NCBI GenBank assembly: GCA_024280885.1
Contig: JAJRPF010000008.1
Coordinates: forward strand, 11,707 to 75,706
DNA length: 64,000 nt
Reading direction: 5' to 3'
Source: Planctomycetota bacterium
GTDB lineage: Bacteria; Planctomycetota; JAJSAM01; JAJVHW01
In this document: positions 19,401 to 28,409 of the stretch, one piece after another
How positions within the stretch are numbered: the first letter of the stretch is position 1
Layout of the letters: every line of letters starts with the position of its first letter
Position numbers and translations under genes: made by a program
The notes under the pieces: generated by a model
Told to the model about the DNA's origin: nothing
What the model saw: the letters and a program-made list of their open reading frames with translations, nothing else
Databases searched by the model: none

Positions 19401-19766
19401 CGATTGCGCGCGGATGCCCTCGACTGCGAGTGTGCGGAAGATGATGTGCGCGCCGTCCGGGGTCCACCCGACGACCTGATCCGGCGTCGCGTGAAACGTC
19501 AGACGCCGCGCGTGTCCGCCGTTCGACGGCATGACCCAGACCGCGCTCGCGCCGTCGTCACCCGACGAGAACGCGATGTGCCGCCCGTCCGGCGAGAATC
19601 GCGGGAACGTGTGCGCTGCCGACGACGACGTCAGGCGTCGCGCTTCGCCTCCCTCGGTGCCGACCTCCCAGAGGTTGCCTTCGGCGCTGAAGACGACGTG
19701 GTCGCCCCGCAGCGTCGCGTGCTGGATGTACGCCAGCCCATCGTCGGTGTTCTTCACGTCAGACAT
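16500..19766 (-). CDS. tri: tricorn protease homolog (beta-propellers + PDZ + S41 peptidase)
   Basis: RFSPDGRHIAFSS PD40 repeats, a PDZ-like segment, and the S41 core TNENAGSDGDIF. Start placed at MSDVKN (residue 17 of the track ORF); ATG at 19814 is also possible. Confidence 0.85.
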   Translation of the reverse strand: MSDVKNTDDGLAYIQHATLRGDHVVFSAEGNLWEVGTEGGEARRLTSSSAAHTFPRFSPDGRHIAFSSGDDGASAVWVMPSNGGHARRLTFHATPDQVVGWTPDGAHIIFRTLAVEGIRAQSLASVPAGGGPVTGMPLGRASTIAYHADGERVAVNRHGSDPAWWKRYQGGRAGRIWIGSRSTGEFELLPGGPRTDGCPMWIGDQLWFLSDQDGMGDLWVADADGGNRRRVTSQQEFFVRWPQADGTRIVFTAGARLFLLDTTTDEPTPREIPVTVRGHSLATQRKFVGVPKSIQSMALSADGKETLFTTRGRVVHLPNWHGAARVVAAPHGIRLREARFVGDDGRMVAIGQIDGEDRLLTIPVAGIGTDLEQATILGGVGRRIRTIEPSPDGKRIAIVDQGRGLHIATLADDGESADFALIDDKGNKWVRDLAWSPCSTWLAYSRASDWWSTRIFVWSVADGSIARVSRDEFVDSSPAWDPAGRFLALLSSRHLDPYGSALEHDFAFVAPTRAYALMLRKDEEPPFAADVVPPEKAPERVTEPIEIDFDGIAERAVPFPFPAGRYDKIGCSAASVAVLKLPLRGWRIEWEGDGPEAAPYSVETYDLIERKVDTALPSVSGWCESADGSTWLYRIGTRYRALGAAVKPAELPPTEDKERVSRTTGWMDLSRITLATDPRAEYRQILEEAWALQRDHFYDKELVQVDWDACLRRYAPLVERVRTREELADLLWEMQGELGTSHAYAMGGDLSKARRYAPGQLGCDLSADDDTNALRIARIYTGDVWAEGQHSSLAAPGKNVSVGDYLLAVDGNPVGGDGPGRCVHPGEFLLQKAGRSVALTIADDAEGTNTREVCVTPTGSEQSLRYRDWVETNRLKVDAATDGRIGYVHIPDMSLGGAIEFHRHFLWQVTQKSGFVIDNRFNGGGNISSILLAKLLRQVVGWTAARWNHAPRTYPYHAPMGPVVVLTNENAGSDGDIFSQAVKVTGLGPLIGMRTWGGVVGIDRAKDLVDGGFTTQPEYAFWFHGPGWGVENHGVEPDIVVDRTPSDAWHDRDPQLDRAIKEVMHRLDAAPTVPPDLGPRPDLRYPKP

Positions 19767-19969
19767 TCGATCCCCAGTCCGGGTTGGTGACTCTCTCTGT
19801 GAACTCGGCGTCATGCCCGCGCCGCTGGCGGGCCGCGCATCGTATCAGGGCAACCGTGCGTGTCACTCTGCGCCGTCAAGTTCCCGTCTCCGCGGTGTTC
19901 TCTCGATCCGCCGTTCCTTGGATACGCGCGCCGTCGCCGCCAGAGTCCCGGAATGCAGCGAGTTTCGGC

Positions 19970-20419
19970 ATGAGCCGTTCCGAGATCGAGCACCTCTATC
20001 GTGCGGTGATGCCCGCGGTGCGCCATGCTCTGGCGCACCACGACGGATTCCGCGCATTCGGTGCCGTGCTGGGCGAAGACGGCAACGTCGCCCGCATCGA
20101 GCCGCGGCCCGATTTGCACGATGGCGGGCCATCCGGTCATGTGCTCGCGGTGCACGCCGCAGTCCAATCCGTCGTCGCCGCGCAGCGCATCGCCGCCGCT
20201 TGCGTCTGCACCGAGATCGAGCTCGAGGCGGACGACGTGGGCGACGAGCCCGACGGCGTCCGCATTCATCTCGAGGACGCGGACAGCGAGGTCATCGACG
20301 TTCTGGTGCCCTTCCGCCGCGACGACGCGGGCGAGGTCGAGTACGGCGAGATCGTGGGCCAGGAGGCGGAGCGGAAGTTGATGCCCCGGCGCCCGGCCGA
20401 CGAGGGCCCGCCGGAGTAG
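19970..20419 (+). CDS. hypothetical acidic cytoplasmic protein
   Basis: Internal ATG (residue 63 of ORF 19784-20419). Upstream part of the track ORF is Arg/Ser-rich junk. No recognisable domain. Confidence 0.4.
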   Translation: MSRSEIEHLYRAVMPAVRHALAHHDGFRAFGAVLGEDGNVARIEPRPDLHDGGPSGHVLAVHAAVQSVVAAQRIAAACVCTEIELEADDVGDEPDGVRIHLEDADSEVIDVLVPFRRDDAGEVEYGEIVGQEAERKLMPRRPADEGPPE

Positions 20420-20434
20420 CGGCGAGGCGGGACT

Positions 20435-21193
20435 CTACTTCTTGGCCTTCTTCGCAGGCTTCGGCTTCTCGGCCGTCTTCAGGATTTTCGGGAAGAGTTC
20501 GACCAGCTTGCGCGGGAAGCCGCTCTGGATCGGATCGTCACCGAAGTAGATATCCCACATCGCGCGGCACAGAGCGTCGCTCTCAATCGCGCCGAGTTGC
20601 TTTGCGTTCATCCGCACGGTCAGCGTCGTGCCCACCCAGGTGAAGTCGAGCTTCGTGCCCTCGGCGAGTTCATCCAACTTGAAGAGCGCCTTCAGCTTGG
20701 CGATGTCCTTCAGCGACCCTTTCACGCGATCCTTGAGCAGTTGCGCCACGCGCGGCTGCAGTGAGTCTTCGAAGGCCTCGTTGAAGTCCTCGACGTCCAC
20801 GTCGCGGGCGAGCTGCAAGCGCAGCGAGCGACCGAAACCCGGCGTGACAAGCTTCTCGCGGAAGTCGTCGTCGGCGCTCAGCTCCTTCGCCGTCTTGCCC
20901 TTCCACTTCCAGAGCGCAGCGCGGGCCTCGTCCGCGTCGACGTAGTGCCCGCAGGCGTAGACGTCCACGGCAAAGATCGACTTCTCGCGTACCGCGGTGC
21001 CGGTGATGCGGTGGCCGACCATCGTCTTCAGCACGTTGATCGTGACCGGCAGTTTGATGCCCGTCTCCGGCTCGGTGACCGTCGGACGCTTGCTCCGACT
21101 TTGGGCCGAGGCCGTGTGGCCGGCGATGGACGCGCTGCCGACAAGTATCGCGGCCGTCGTGAGAGCTGCGGCGATGAGGTTGAGGCGCGCCAT
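20435..21193 (-). CDS. secreted chalcone-isomerase-like protein
   Basis: Signal peptide MARLNLIAAALTTAAILVGSASIAGHTASA with GGAGG 7 nt upstream. GHRITGTAVREKSIFAVDVYACGHY resembles the CHI-like family pattern. Lys-rich tail. Confidence 0.55.
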   Translation of the reverse strand: MARLNLIAAALTTAAILVGSASIAGHTASAQSRSKRPTVTEPETGIKLPVTINVLKTMVGHRITGTAVREKSIFAVDVYACGHYVDADEARAALWKWKGKTAKELSADDDFREKLVTPGFGRSLRLQLARDVDVEDFNEAFEDSLQPRVAQLLKDRVKGSLKDIAKLKALFKLDELAEGTKLDFTWVGTTLTVRMNAKQLGAIESDALCRAMWDIYFGDDPIQSGFPRKLVELFPKILKTAEKPKPAKKAKK

Positions 21194-21255
21194 GGGAGAT
21201 CCTCCGGCCCGCCACTCTACATCGCTCGCCACCCTACATCACTCGTCAGTCCGGG

Positions 21256-22701
21256 TCAGCGCCGGATGGCGCCTCCGACGCGGATGCCGGTGCGCCGCCC
21301 GCCGCCGCTGATCCCACCACCCCGTATCCCACCATTGCGTATCCCACCGCGGTGAATTCCGCCCCAGCTATGGCCGCGGCCGGGGTACCACCCGCGCGGG
21401 TAGGCCGTCGAGCGATGACGGCGCCAGCGATACCAGCCGACGCCACTCCCCACGCCCCAGTACCCGTTGTAGTAGTCGTTGTAATTGTCGTAGCGCGACT
21501 CTTCCTCCGCCTCTCCGATCCGCGTGAGCAGCGAGAGCGCTTCCTCGTCCTTGTTGTCGATGGCGAGTGCTGCACGAGTCGCGGTGCGAGCCCTCGAGTA
21601 GTCGCCCTTGTCGAGATACGACGTGCCGAGCTGGATCTCGTTGTCACGCTCCTGCAGGTCGAGGCGCGCGGCGAAGTCGTCGAGGCTGTCGATCATCTCC
21701 GCATCGCCTGATCGAGTCGCCATCCGCTGCGCGGCCCCGACCTTGCGGCGCGCCGACGTCGTCTTCGAGCGGGCGAGCAGATACGACCGGATCGCCGTGG
21801 TCGGTCGGTCGGCCCGCTGGAGCCCCTTGCCGGTCAGGTTGAGCGAGTCATCGAGGAGCTTCTGAATCGGCGTCAACTGCTTCTGCCGTCGTGCGTCGAT
21901 CTTCTGTTCTGCAAGCCGCGCGTCGATCGCGGCGACGGCCGCCGCGGCGCTGTCTGCTGCTGGCATGCCCGCGAACTCTCGCTGCACGCGTCGCAAGATG
22001 CGTCGCGCCCTGTGGTCATCTCCGGAGATGGCTGCACTCTCGCCGCGGGCGAGTTCTTTGACGGAGACTTGATCCGCCAGCGCGACGAGTCGCGCTTCGG
22101 CGATCTGGAGCACGTCCGGGTCGGCCTGCGCGGCAGCGAGGTAGCTGACGCGGGCGACGTCATACATCCCCTGCGTGACCGCATACTCGGCGACATCCAT
22201 GAGCGCACCGGCGTCGCGCTCGCCCGCCCGCGCCAGCATCAGGTCCGCGACGCTATCGGGGTGCAGCGCGCCGTACTTGACGCTCGTCGTGCCTTTCATG
22301 CCCGTCTCGGTCTCAAACTGAAACTCGACGACGTTGCCGTCGTCGGAGACCACGCGCCCGGCGAGGAGCTTGCCGTTTCTGAGGCGTAACGCCGTCACGA
22401 TGCGGCGTCCGTCGTTCGCCCCCGGGCTCTGGAACGACACGGTGCGCGTGAGTGCGGTGCTCGCCGACTCGCGCCCTTCGTCCGAATACGTCGCGAGGAT
22501 GGCGCGGGCGTCATCCGGACGGAGATCGCCGTAGGCGCCCGTGCCGGCGTCGATGAGCGGCACGTTCGACTCCGTGTCCGCGACGACGCCGTCGCGAACT
22601 GTCGACTCTGCGCGCGGCGCGTCCGTCGATGTCGACGCCGTTTCCGAGGCGCACGAGGCGAGGAGCACGAGAACGAGACAGTGGGCAGGTCGAAAGCGCA
22701 T
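21256..22701 (-). CDS. lipoprotein with TPR-like helical repeats and a Tyr/Gly/Arg-rich C-terminal tail
   Basis: Start MRFRPAHCLVLVLLASCASE (lipobox) with GGAGG 6 nt upstream. C-terminus YDNYNDYYNGYWGVGSGVGWYRWRR...GGIRNGGIRGGGISGGG. Confidence 0.6.
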   Translation of the reverse strand: MRFRPAHCLVLVLLASCASETASTSTDAPRAESTVRDGVVADTESNVPLIDAGTGAYGDLRPDDARAILATYSDEGRESASTALTRTVSFQSPGANDGRRIVTALRLRNGKLLAGRVVSDDGNVVEFQFETETGMKGTTSVKYGALHPDSVADLMLARAGERDAGALMDVAEYAVTQGMYDVARVSYLAAAQADPDVLQIAEARLVALADQVSVKELARGESAAISGDDHRARRILRRVQREFAGMPAADSAAAAVAAIDARLAEQKIDARRQKQLTPIQKLLDDSLNLTGKGLQRADRPTTAIRSYLLARSKTTSARRKVGAAQRMATRSGDAEMIDSLDDFAARLDLQERDNEIQLGTSYLDKGDYSRARTATRAALAIDNKDEEALSLLTRIGEAEEESRYDNYNDYYNGYWGVGSGVGWYRWRRHRSTAYPRGWYPGRGHSWGGIHRGGIRNGGIRGGGISGGGRRTGIRVGGAIRR

Positions 22702-22783
22702 GGGAACCTCCACCGTCCAGCATAACGGGCCGTGCCGAATGCGCGCGGAAGCAGGCACCGTGGTGCGGGGCCGGCTGCGGCGA

Positions 22784-23323
22784 CTACCGCGGCGGGAATC
22801 GCGCGAGCGTCTCGCGAACGGCTTGATTGATGCGCTGATCACGCAGTTCGGCCGACGTCGAGTCGCGGAGTTCAGCCTCCGCCCAGCCTCGCCAGACGAT
22901 GTTGCCGCTCTCGGCATCGACGACATCGATGATGCACGAGCCCATCTTGTAGTTGTGGACGCTCACGTTCGCCGGCCGCCAGTTGCGGCGCCAGTGGTAG
23001 CCCGGCCCGGAGTCGTCCCACACGACGATGTCCTGCTGCTGCACGATCTGCACGCGGTAGGTCACGAGGAAATCCGCGGTCTCAGGCTCGACGCGCTGGA
23101 AACCGCCCTCGGTGAGCGCGGCCTCCGCTGCCCGGCGAATGCGCGAGTCATAGAGCGACGCTTCCACCTTGCCGACGGGCTGCGGCGCCCAGGCCCACGT
23201 GCGCAATGGCGAGAAGTTCACGGTGGTGTCGTAATCCGACCCGATGGTGGGAGCCCACGCGCATCCGGTCAGGAGCGCGAGAGCGAGTAGAGCGACGGCG
23301 AAAACGGCAGTGCGTGCATGCAT
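22784..23323 (-). CDS. DUF4136-family lipoprotein
   Basis: Lipobox ALLTGC. YKMGSCIIDVVDAESGNIVWRGWA matches the DUF4136 signature. Confidence 0.7.
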   Translation of the reverse strand: MHARTAVFAVALLALALLTGCAWAPTIGSDYDTTVNFSPLRTWAWAPQPVGKVEASLYDSRIRRAAEAALTEGGFQRVEPETADFLVTYRVQIVQQQDIVVWDDSGPGYHWRRNWRPANVSVHNYKMGSCIIDVVDAESGNIVWRGWAEAELRDSTSAELRDQRINQAVRETLARFPPR

Positions 23324-23447
23324 GCGGCTCAGTGTGGCCGAGGGACCTCGCCCGCCGAAACTCGGATCGACGAGATGCCGGAGCGGAGGGGCGGACGGGT
23401 CGGCGCGGGCGTCGTGTCCGGCCGGTACGCGGCGTGCCGATGCCGCG

Positions 23448-23927
23448 TCAGTCGCGGTGGTACGGATGGCCGCTGCGGAGGGACCACGCGCGGTAGACTT
23501 GTTCCGCGGCGACGACGCGGGCGAGGCCGTGCGGGAGAGTCAGTCGCGAGAGCGAGAGTGTCAGCGACGCGCTCTGTCGAAGTGCGGCGTCGAGTCCGTC
23601 GGCGCTGCCGATCACGAGCGCAACGTGGCGACCTGACTCAAGCCAGCGGGAGAGATGCGCGGCGAGTTCGCGTGTCGTCACGGCCTTTCCCCGTTCGTCG
23701 AGTGCCACGAGCAGGCAGCCCTTCGGCAAGGCCGCACGGATGCGCTCGGCTTCTTTCGCCAACACGGCGGCGATCGCCGCGCTCCCCGCGTTCGCCGGGC
23801 GGTGAAGCGGTTTGACCTCGATCAACTCCAGGCGCGCTTCACGCGGCATGCGCTTGGCGTATTCGCGGAACGCATCGGCGACCCAAGCCGGCTGACGCTT
23901 CGAGACGCACACGATGACTACTCGCAT
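23448..23927 (-). CDS. rlmH: 23S rRNA (pseudouridine1915-N3)-methyltransferase RlmH
   Basis: MRVVIVCVSKRQPAWV ... LSRLTLPHGLARVVAAEQVYRAWSLRSGHPYHR is a SPOUT RlmH signature. Start is residue 207 of the track ORF; the 206 codons upstream are Pro/Ser/Arg junk. Confidence 0.8.
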   Translation of the reverse strand: MRVVIVCVSKRQPAWVADAFREYAKRMPREARLELIEVKPLHRPANAGSAAIAAVLAKEAERIRAALPKGCLLVALDERGKAVTTRELAAHLSRWLESGRHVALVIGSADGLDAALRQSASLTLSLSRLTLPHGLARVVAAEQVYRAWSLRSGHPYHRD

Positions 23928-24045
23928 GGGGGTCGGATCCTTCGGAGACGGACGCAGAACGTGGTTGGGATGATCCTCACCTGTCGCGGCAATCCGAAGT
24001 TTCGATCGCCTGTCGCGTCTTTCAAGTCCGTGTAGGGTATTCCGC

Positions 24046-25383
24046 ATGACGCGGCGCCGCACTCCGCTCGCTCTCCTCTTCCTCCTTCTTCTGGTGGGCG
24101 GCGGGAGCGTGTTGATCGGAGTGCTGGACACACCGGGCGATGGCTCGGGCGACGAAGCGCGCGCAGCCGAGGGTGATGGCTCAGCTGAGCGGGAGAGCGG
24201 CTCCGAGCGGAAGACGCGGCGGTCGCGCGAGCGGACGCATGTGGCGCCGGGGGAACGCGGCGAACTCGGTGAAGGTGGCGAAGGTGGCGAGGGTGTTGCC
24301 AAAGGCGAGACGGGGCGCAGCGGGGGCGAACGCGGCGCCGCCGACGCCGAGCGCAATGGCGAACTCGGGGCGGATGGCGAGGCGTTACCCGCTCCCCCCG
24401 AGGAGCGCGAGCGCGTGACCGTCAAAGGACGCGTCGTGGACGCGGCCACCGGGAAGGGACTCTCGGGTGTGCGCATCCTGGTCGTGCGCGCGGGACGCGG
24501 TTGGGATGGCACGCGTACCGACGAGACAGGCGCTTTCTTGGGCACCGTTCCCGATCCGTCCGACCCGGCCGTCGAGACGCCGGTCGAATTGCGGATTGCG
24601 ATGAAGGGCTATCGCACACAGACCGTCCCGTGGACGAGTGGCGAGCCGGTGATCACACTGGAGGCGCGCGCGATGCCGCCTCTGCCGGGCATCGTCGAGG
24701 GACTCGCGACGGACCCCTCGGGGCACGTCGTGAGCGGTCGGCTCTTGATCACGTCGTACGACGAGATGGGCGATCACGTCGGGCAGTGGGTGCGCGCCGA
24801 CGAGAGTGGCGCGTTCCGTCTCGAGGGGCTTGCGCCCGGGCACTGGCAGATGCGCCTTGCGGGCGGCAGCGCGGCGGTGGATGTGATCGTTTCGGAGGGC
24901 GGGCGCACGTCGATGCATCTGCGCGCCGGCGCCACGGCGTGGCCCGGCACGCTCACGCGAGAACGCTTCGAGGAGTTGCACCGAGAGCTCTCGCTGCCCG
25001 GACCGACGCGTACCGATTCGCAGTCGTCCGACGTCGAGCAAGGCGGCGAGTCCGCGATGCTCGAAGAGCGCCGCCGTGCGGCGCGCATGCAGGCCCGTCA
25101 GCAGGCGATACAGAACCTGGAATCGCGCTGGCGCGGCGTGGCGCCGGAGCGTGACGTCATCGTCTCGGGTCTTCCGCAACGCGACTTCGCGTACGTGCGT
25201 GCCGCGACCACGAATGGCCCGAACGAGAGCTGGCGCGTGACGGTCCGCGACGGTGTCGCGCGTCTGCGTCTGACGCACGAACGCTGGCGACTCATCCTGG
25301 AGATCCCGGGCGAAGAGGAGCTGTCGTTGACCCTCATCGTCAACGCCGGCGAAGGCGCGCAGACAGTGTCGTGGACGCGCTGA
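24046..25383 (+). CDS. signal-anchored protein with a Gly/Glu-rich low-complexity linker and two carboxypeptidase-regulatory-like beta-sandwich domains
   Basis: MTRRRTPLALLFLLLLVGGGSVLIGVL TM segment. VKGRVVDAATGKGLSGVRILVV and GRLLITSYDEMGDHVGQWVRADESGAFRLEGLAPGHW motifs. Confidence 0.5.
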   Translation: MTRRRTPLALLFLLLLVGGGSVLIGVLDTPGDGSGDEARAAEGDGSAERESGSERKTRRSRERTHVAPGERGELGEGGEGGEGVAKGETGRSGGERGAADAERNGELGADGEALPAPPEERERVTVKGRVVDAATGKGLSGVRILVVRAGRGWDGTRTDETGAFLGTVPDPSDPAVETPVELRIAMKGYRTQTVPWTSGEPVITLEARAMPPLPGIVEGLATDPSGHVVSGRLLITSYDEMGDHVGQWVRADESGAFRLEGLAPGHWQMRLAGGSAAVDVIVSEGGRTSMHLRAGATAWPGTLTRERFEELHRELSLPGPTRTDSQSSDVEQGGESAMLEERRRAARMQARQQAIQNLESRWRGVAPERDVIVSGLPQRDFAYVRAATTNGPNESWRVTVRDGVARLRLTHERWRLILEIPGEEELSLTLIVNAGEGAQTVSWTR

Positions 25384-25405
25384 CCGCGACTCTCCGCGGC
25401 GGCTC

Positions 25406-28294
25406 TCAGCGGACGGTCTGCAGGAACTTCGCGAACGCGGTTCCCATCTCTCCGGCCGACGTGAAGCCGAGTCGCTTCCAGCCCGCCTTCGTCGAGCGCC
25501 CTGTGTAGAAGTCGCGGATGTAGCGGATCGTGAGAACGCGAGACTTGTCGCCGCGCATCCGGAGGAGCCAGAAGGCGAGGGCGCCGGACTGCTCGTAGAA
25601 GATGCTGCGCGGACTCATTTTGAAGGTCTGGAGCGAACGTCGCAACGTGACCTCGCACTTCGGCAGGTCCGAGAGTCGCGCGAATGTCCCCTGCGTCATA
25701 TCGACCAGTGTCTTGAGCGGGAACGCGTTGCGGTCCTTCGTCATCTGCGCGGTGGAGTCGATGGACCCGACCGTCTGGTCGTTGAACGTGAGGCCGCGTG
25801 TGTCCGCGTCCACCATCTGGTCCTCGATGAAGCGAGCGAGCCCTTCGACGATCCAGAACCCGGGCGCCTCGGCGCCGCGGCGAGCCGGTACACCGAAACT
25901 CGGTATCCAGCGCGAGTCGACGTAGTGGTGCGTCAACTCGTGGGCGAGCACCTTGAACAGCCCGCGGCCGAGCGGCTCCCGGTTCGGGCCCCCGTCCGGC
26001 ACGTGGAAGCGCGAGATGTTCTCGTACGGCGCGTAGTAGCCCGCACTCCATTTCGGCGCCGTGCCACCGACGGTCTTCTCGATCAGGTACTCCTTGCGAT
26101 TGCGATGGATGCGTACGTCGAGCCGGTCCTTGTCGGTCCAGCCCCGCGCCGGGCCGTCGCCGAGGATCTGCATCAGGCCCTCGACAGCGGCTTCGCCGGA
26201 GCGCAGACATGGTCCGATGATGGACGCGTCTTGACTGCGTGAGAAGAGCAGCAGACGCGGGGTTCGGAACCCGATCGTCCCACGAACACGAGTCCACACG
26301 CCCTCACAGCGCTTCCACGCGGGGTCGTCCGCACCGAGGAATTGCGCGTCGGCGGCGAGGACATACGGCGCCCATTGCAGCCAGCGTTGCGGCGCGTCGG
26401 GGAACCCACGATCGGGGAACTCCTTCGGGATTGTCGTCGCCGCCAACTCCGCGATGGCGGTCGAGTTGGCGTCCAGCTTGGTGGCCAGGGAGAGCAGGCC
26501 TGCGGCCGCAGTCTTCAGTTCACGACGGATGCACCACTTTGCGGCGGCGAGGATCTCCGTGACCATTGCCGCTTCCGCCTCGCCTTGTCGCCGTTCGAGC
26601 GCCGGTAGTCGGAGGTTGGCGTTCGGGTGCATGCGCTTGCCGGTGAGCTGCGCATTCAGTTCCTTCGCGCGACGCTCGCTCATGCCCCATGCGCGCGCCT
26701 CCTCGAGAACACCGCCAGCGGCGTTCGGGATCTCCATCCGCACGGCGCGTTCGAAGAGCTGCTCGTATCCACGCACCGCGGTGGCGCGCGCGGCGCGGCG
26801 CAGCACGTCGAAGACATCACGCTGCGTCGCGGCGTGGAGGACCTCGCCTCCCGAACGGGCGACGAGGACGTCGGCGCCCGCGACGGTGCGCGGTGCAGCC
26901 TTCGTGGTGACGATGAAGTCTTCACCCTTCTGCGTCACGGTCCCCGCGACCTCCGAGCCATCACGCAGGAGTACGCCGTCCATGGCGCGTGGGAGCGGCG
27001 GCACTGCGACTTCGGCTGCTGCCGTCGCGGTGGCCGCATCGGCGTCTGCACCGCGCGCGGCGTCCGGACTCGCCAGGCAGACCAACTCGCCCTTCTTCGT
27101 CCGAACAACGACCAATCCGTCGCCGGAGGGGATGGCCGGCAGTTTGATGTCCTCGCCGAAATCATGGACCCAGAGGACGCGCTTCGACGTGAGGTCAACA
27201 GCCCAGTTGCCGAAGTAGGCCACGTTTTGCGCAATCGACGGCCGACCGCGCCAAGCACCCTTGGGCTGGTCCTTCGCCTCGACCACCACGAAGTAGCGGC
27301 CGTCGACGTTGATCTTGAGCAGGTCCCACTTCTCGTTGAACGTGTACGCCTGACCACCAAAGATGGCCGGCGCGACGCGCGCATCCGCGAGGCCGCCCTC
27401 GCCGCGATCGGGAACGAGTGCGCCGTTGAGCGCTCCCTTCGCGCCTGCGAACCCGTCCTTGCACCAGAAGAACCAACCCGAGCCGTCCGCGCCGTCCATG
27501 CGCGCGACCACACTGTTGGAGAGCTTGCTCGACGCGCCGCGCTCGACCGGTGTGACTGGGCGGTTGTCGCCCGGCGCTGCCGTGATCGTCGGTGCTCGTT
27601 TGTGGAGCTCTTCGACACTGGTCAGGCGGGGGCGCAGCCAATCTCCTTGGAAGCTGAAGTGGTTACCAATCGACGCACTGGCGAGGAGGGCGGACTGGGG
27701 CCTGGGATACGTCGTCGCGATCAATCCGCTGCCCCCGACGGTGGCCGTGAGTTCCTTGCCGCGCCGCAGTCCGTAGACCGAGAAATCGGAGGACGTCGGG
27801 ACCAGCAGCAGGTCGCCGCAGATCCCCGGATGTCCGGAGAAGTCGCCCGCCTTCTTCCACATGGCCTTGAAGGACGTCCCCTTGAAGAGGAATGCGCGCA
27901 CGGTCTCGCGTTCCGTCATCACGACGGTCCCCTGCCACGCGAGCAGGTTGACGCGCCTGTCGGTGCTCTTCAAGACGACTTTGCGCGCGCGTTGCTCGCC
28001 CGTTGCGGCGTCGTATGCGAGCAGGACGTTGCGTCCCTGCGTGTCGCGCGAGACGAGGAAGATCGTGCCGCCCCAGACCACGGGCTCGCACACAATGGCG
28101 CCCTCGGGCTTGATGCGCCAGGCTTCGATCGGCTGGCGGCGGATCGGCTCGCAGGTCACGCGAGAGGTGCGGTCGGCGCCGCCGCACTTCATGTTCCAAT
28201 GCCGCGCGCCGACGCCGTCGTCGGCTCCGCGTGCGATCGGTCCCAGGCACAGCAGCGCGGCCGTCGCGCAGAGCACACTCAGTATCGTTCGCAT
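25406..28294 (-). CDS. secreted PQQ-like beta-propeller + HExxH metallopeptidase-like (DUF1570-like) protein, paralog of 12859-15738
   Basis: Start MRTILSVLCATAALLCLGPIARGADD (residue 58 of the track ORF) with AGGAGG 8 nt upstream. LAHELTHHYVDSRW. The C-terminal ~200 aa align with the paralog. Confidence 0.8.
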   Translation of the reverse strand: MRTILSVLCATAALLCLGPIARGADDGVGARHWNMKCGGADRTSRVTCEPIRRQPIEAWRIKPEGAIVCEPVVWGGTIFLVSRDTQGRNVLLAYDAATGEQRARKVVLKSTDRRVNLLAWQGTVVMTERETVRAFLFKGTSFKAMWKKAGDFSGHPGICGDLLLVPTSSDFSVYGLRRGKELTATVGGSGLIATTYPRPQSALLASASIGNHFSFQGDWLRPRLTSVEELHKRAPTITAAPGDNRPVTPVERGASSKLSNSVVARMDGADGSGWFFWCKDGFAGAKGALNGALVPDRGEGGLADARVAPAIFGGQAYTFNEKWDLLKINVDGRYFVVVEAKDQPKGAWRGRPSIAQNVAYFGNWAVDLTSKRVLWVHDFGEDIKLPAIPSGDGLVVVRTKKGELVCLASPDAARGADADAATATAAAEVAVPPLPRAMDGVLLRDGSEVAGTVTQKGEDFIVTTKAAPRTVAGADVLVARSGGEVLHAATQRDVFDVLRRAARATAVRGYEQLFERAVRMEIPNAAGGVLEEARAWGMSERRAKELNAQLTGKRMHPNANLRLPALERRQGEAEAAMVTEILAAAKWCIRRELKTAAAGLLSLATKLDANSTAIAELAATTIPKEFPDRGFPDAPQRWLQWAPYVLAADAQFLGADDPAWKRCEGVWTRVRGTIGFRTPRLLLFSRSQDASIIGPCLRSGEAAVEGLMQILGDGPARGWTDKDRLDVRIHRNRKEYLIEKTVGGTAPKWSAGYYAPYENISRFHVPDGGPNREPLGRGLFKVLAHELTHHYVDSRWIPSFGVPARRGAEAPGFWIVEGLARFIEDQMVDADTRGLTFNDQTVGSIDSTAQMTKDRNAFPLKTLVDMTQGTFARLSDLPKCEVTLRRSLQTFKMSPRSIFYEQSGALAFWLLRMRGDKSRVLTIRYIRDFYTGRSTKAGWKRLGFTSAGEMGTAFAKFLQTVR

Positions 28295-28409
28295 CGCGAC
28301 CCCTCCTGCGCGTTCATTGTCGCGATCCTGCGACTCCAATCGGGCACGAGCATACACGAGGGGCCTGCGTCCCCGACGGGTAGCATGGGCTGCCCATGGG
28401 AGGTCTCTG

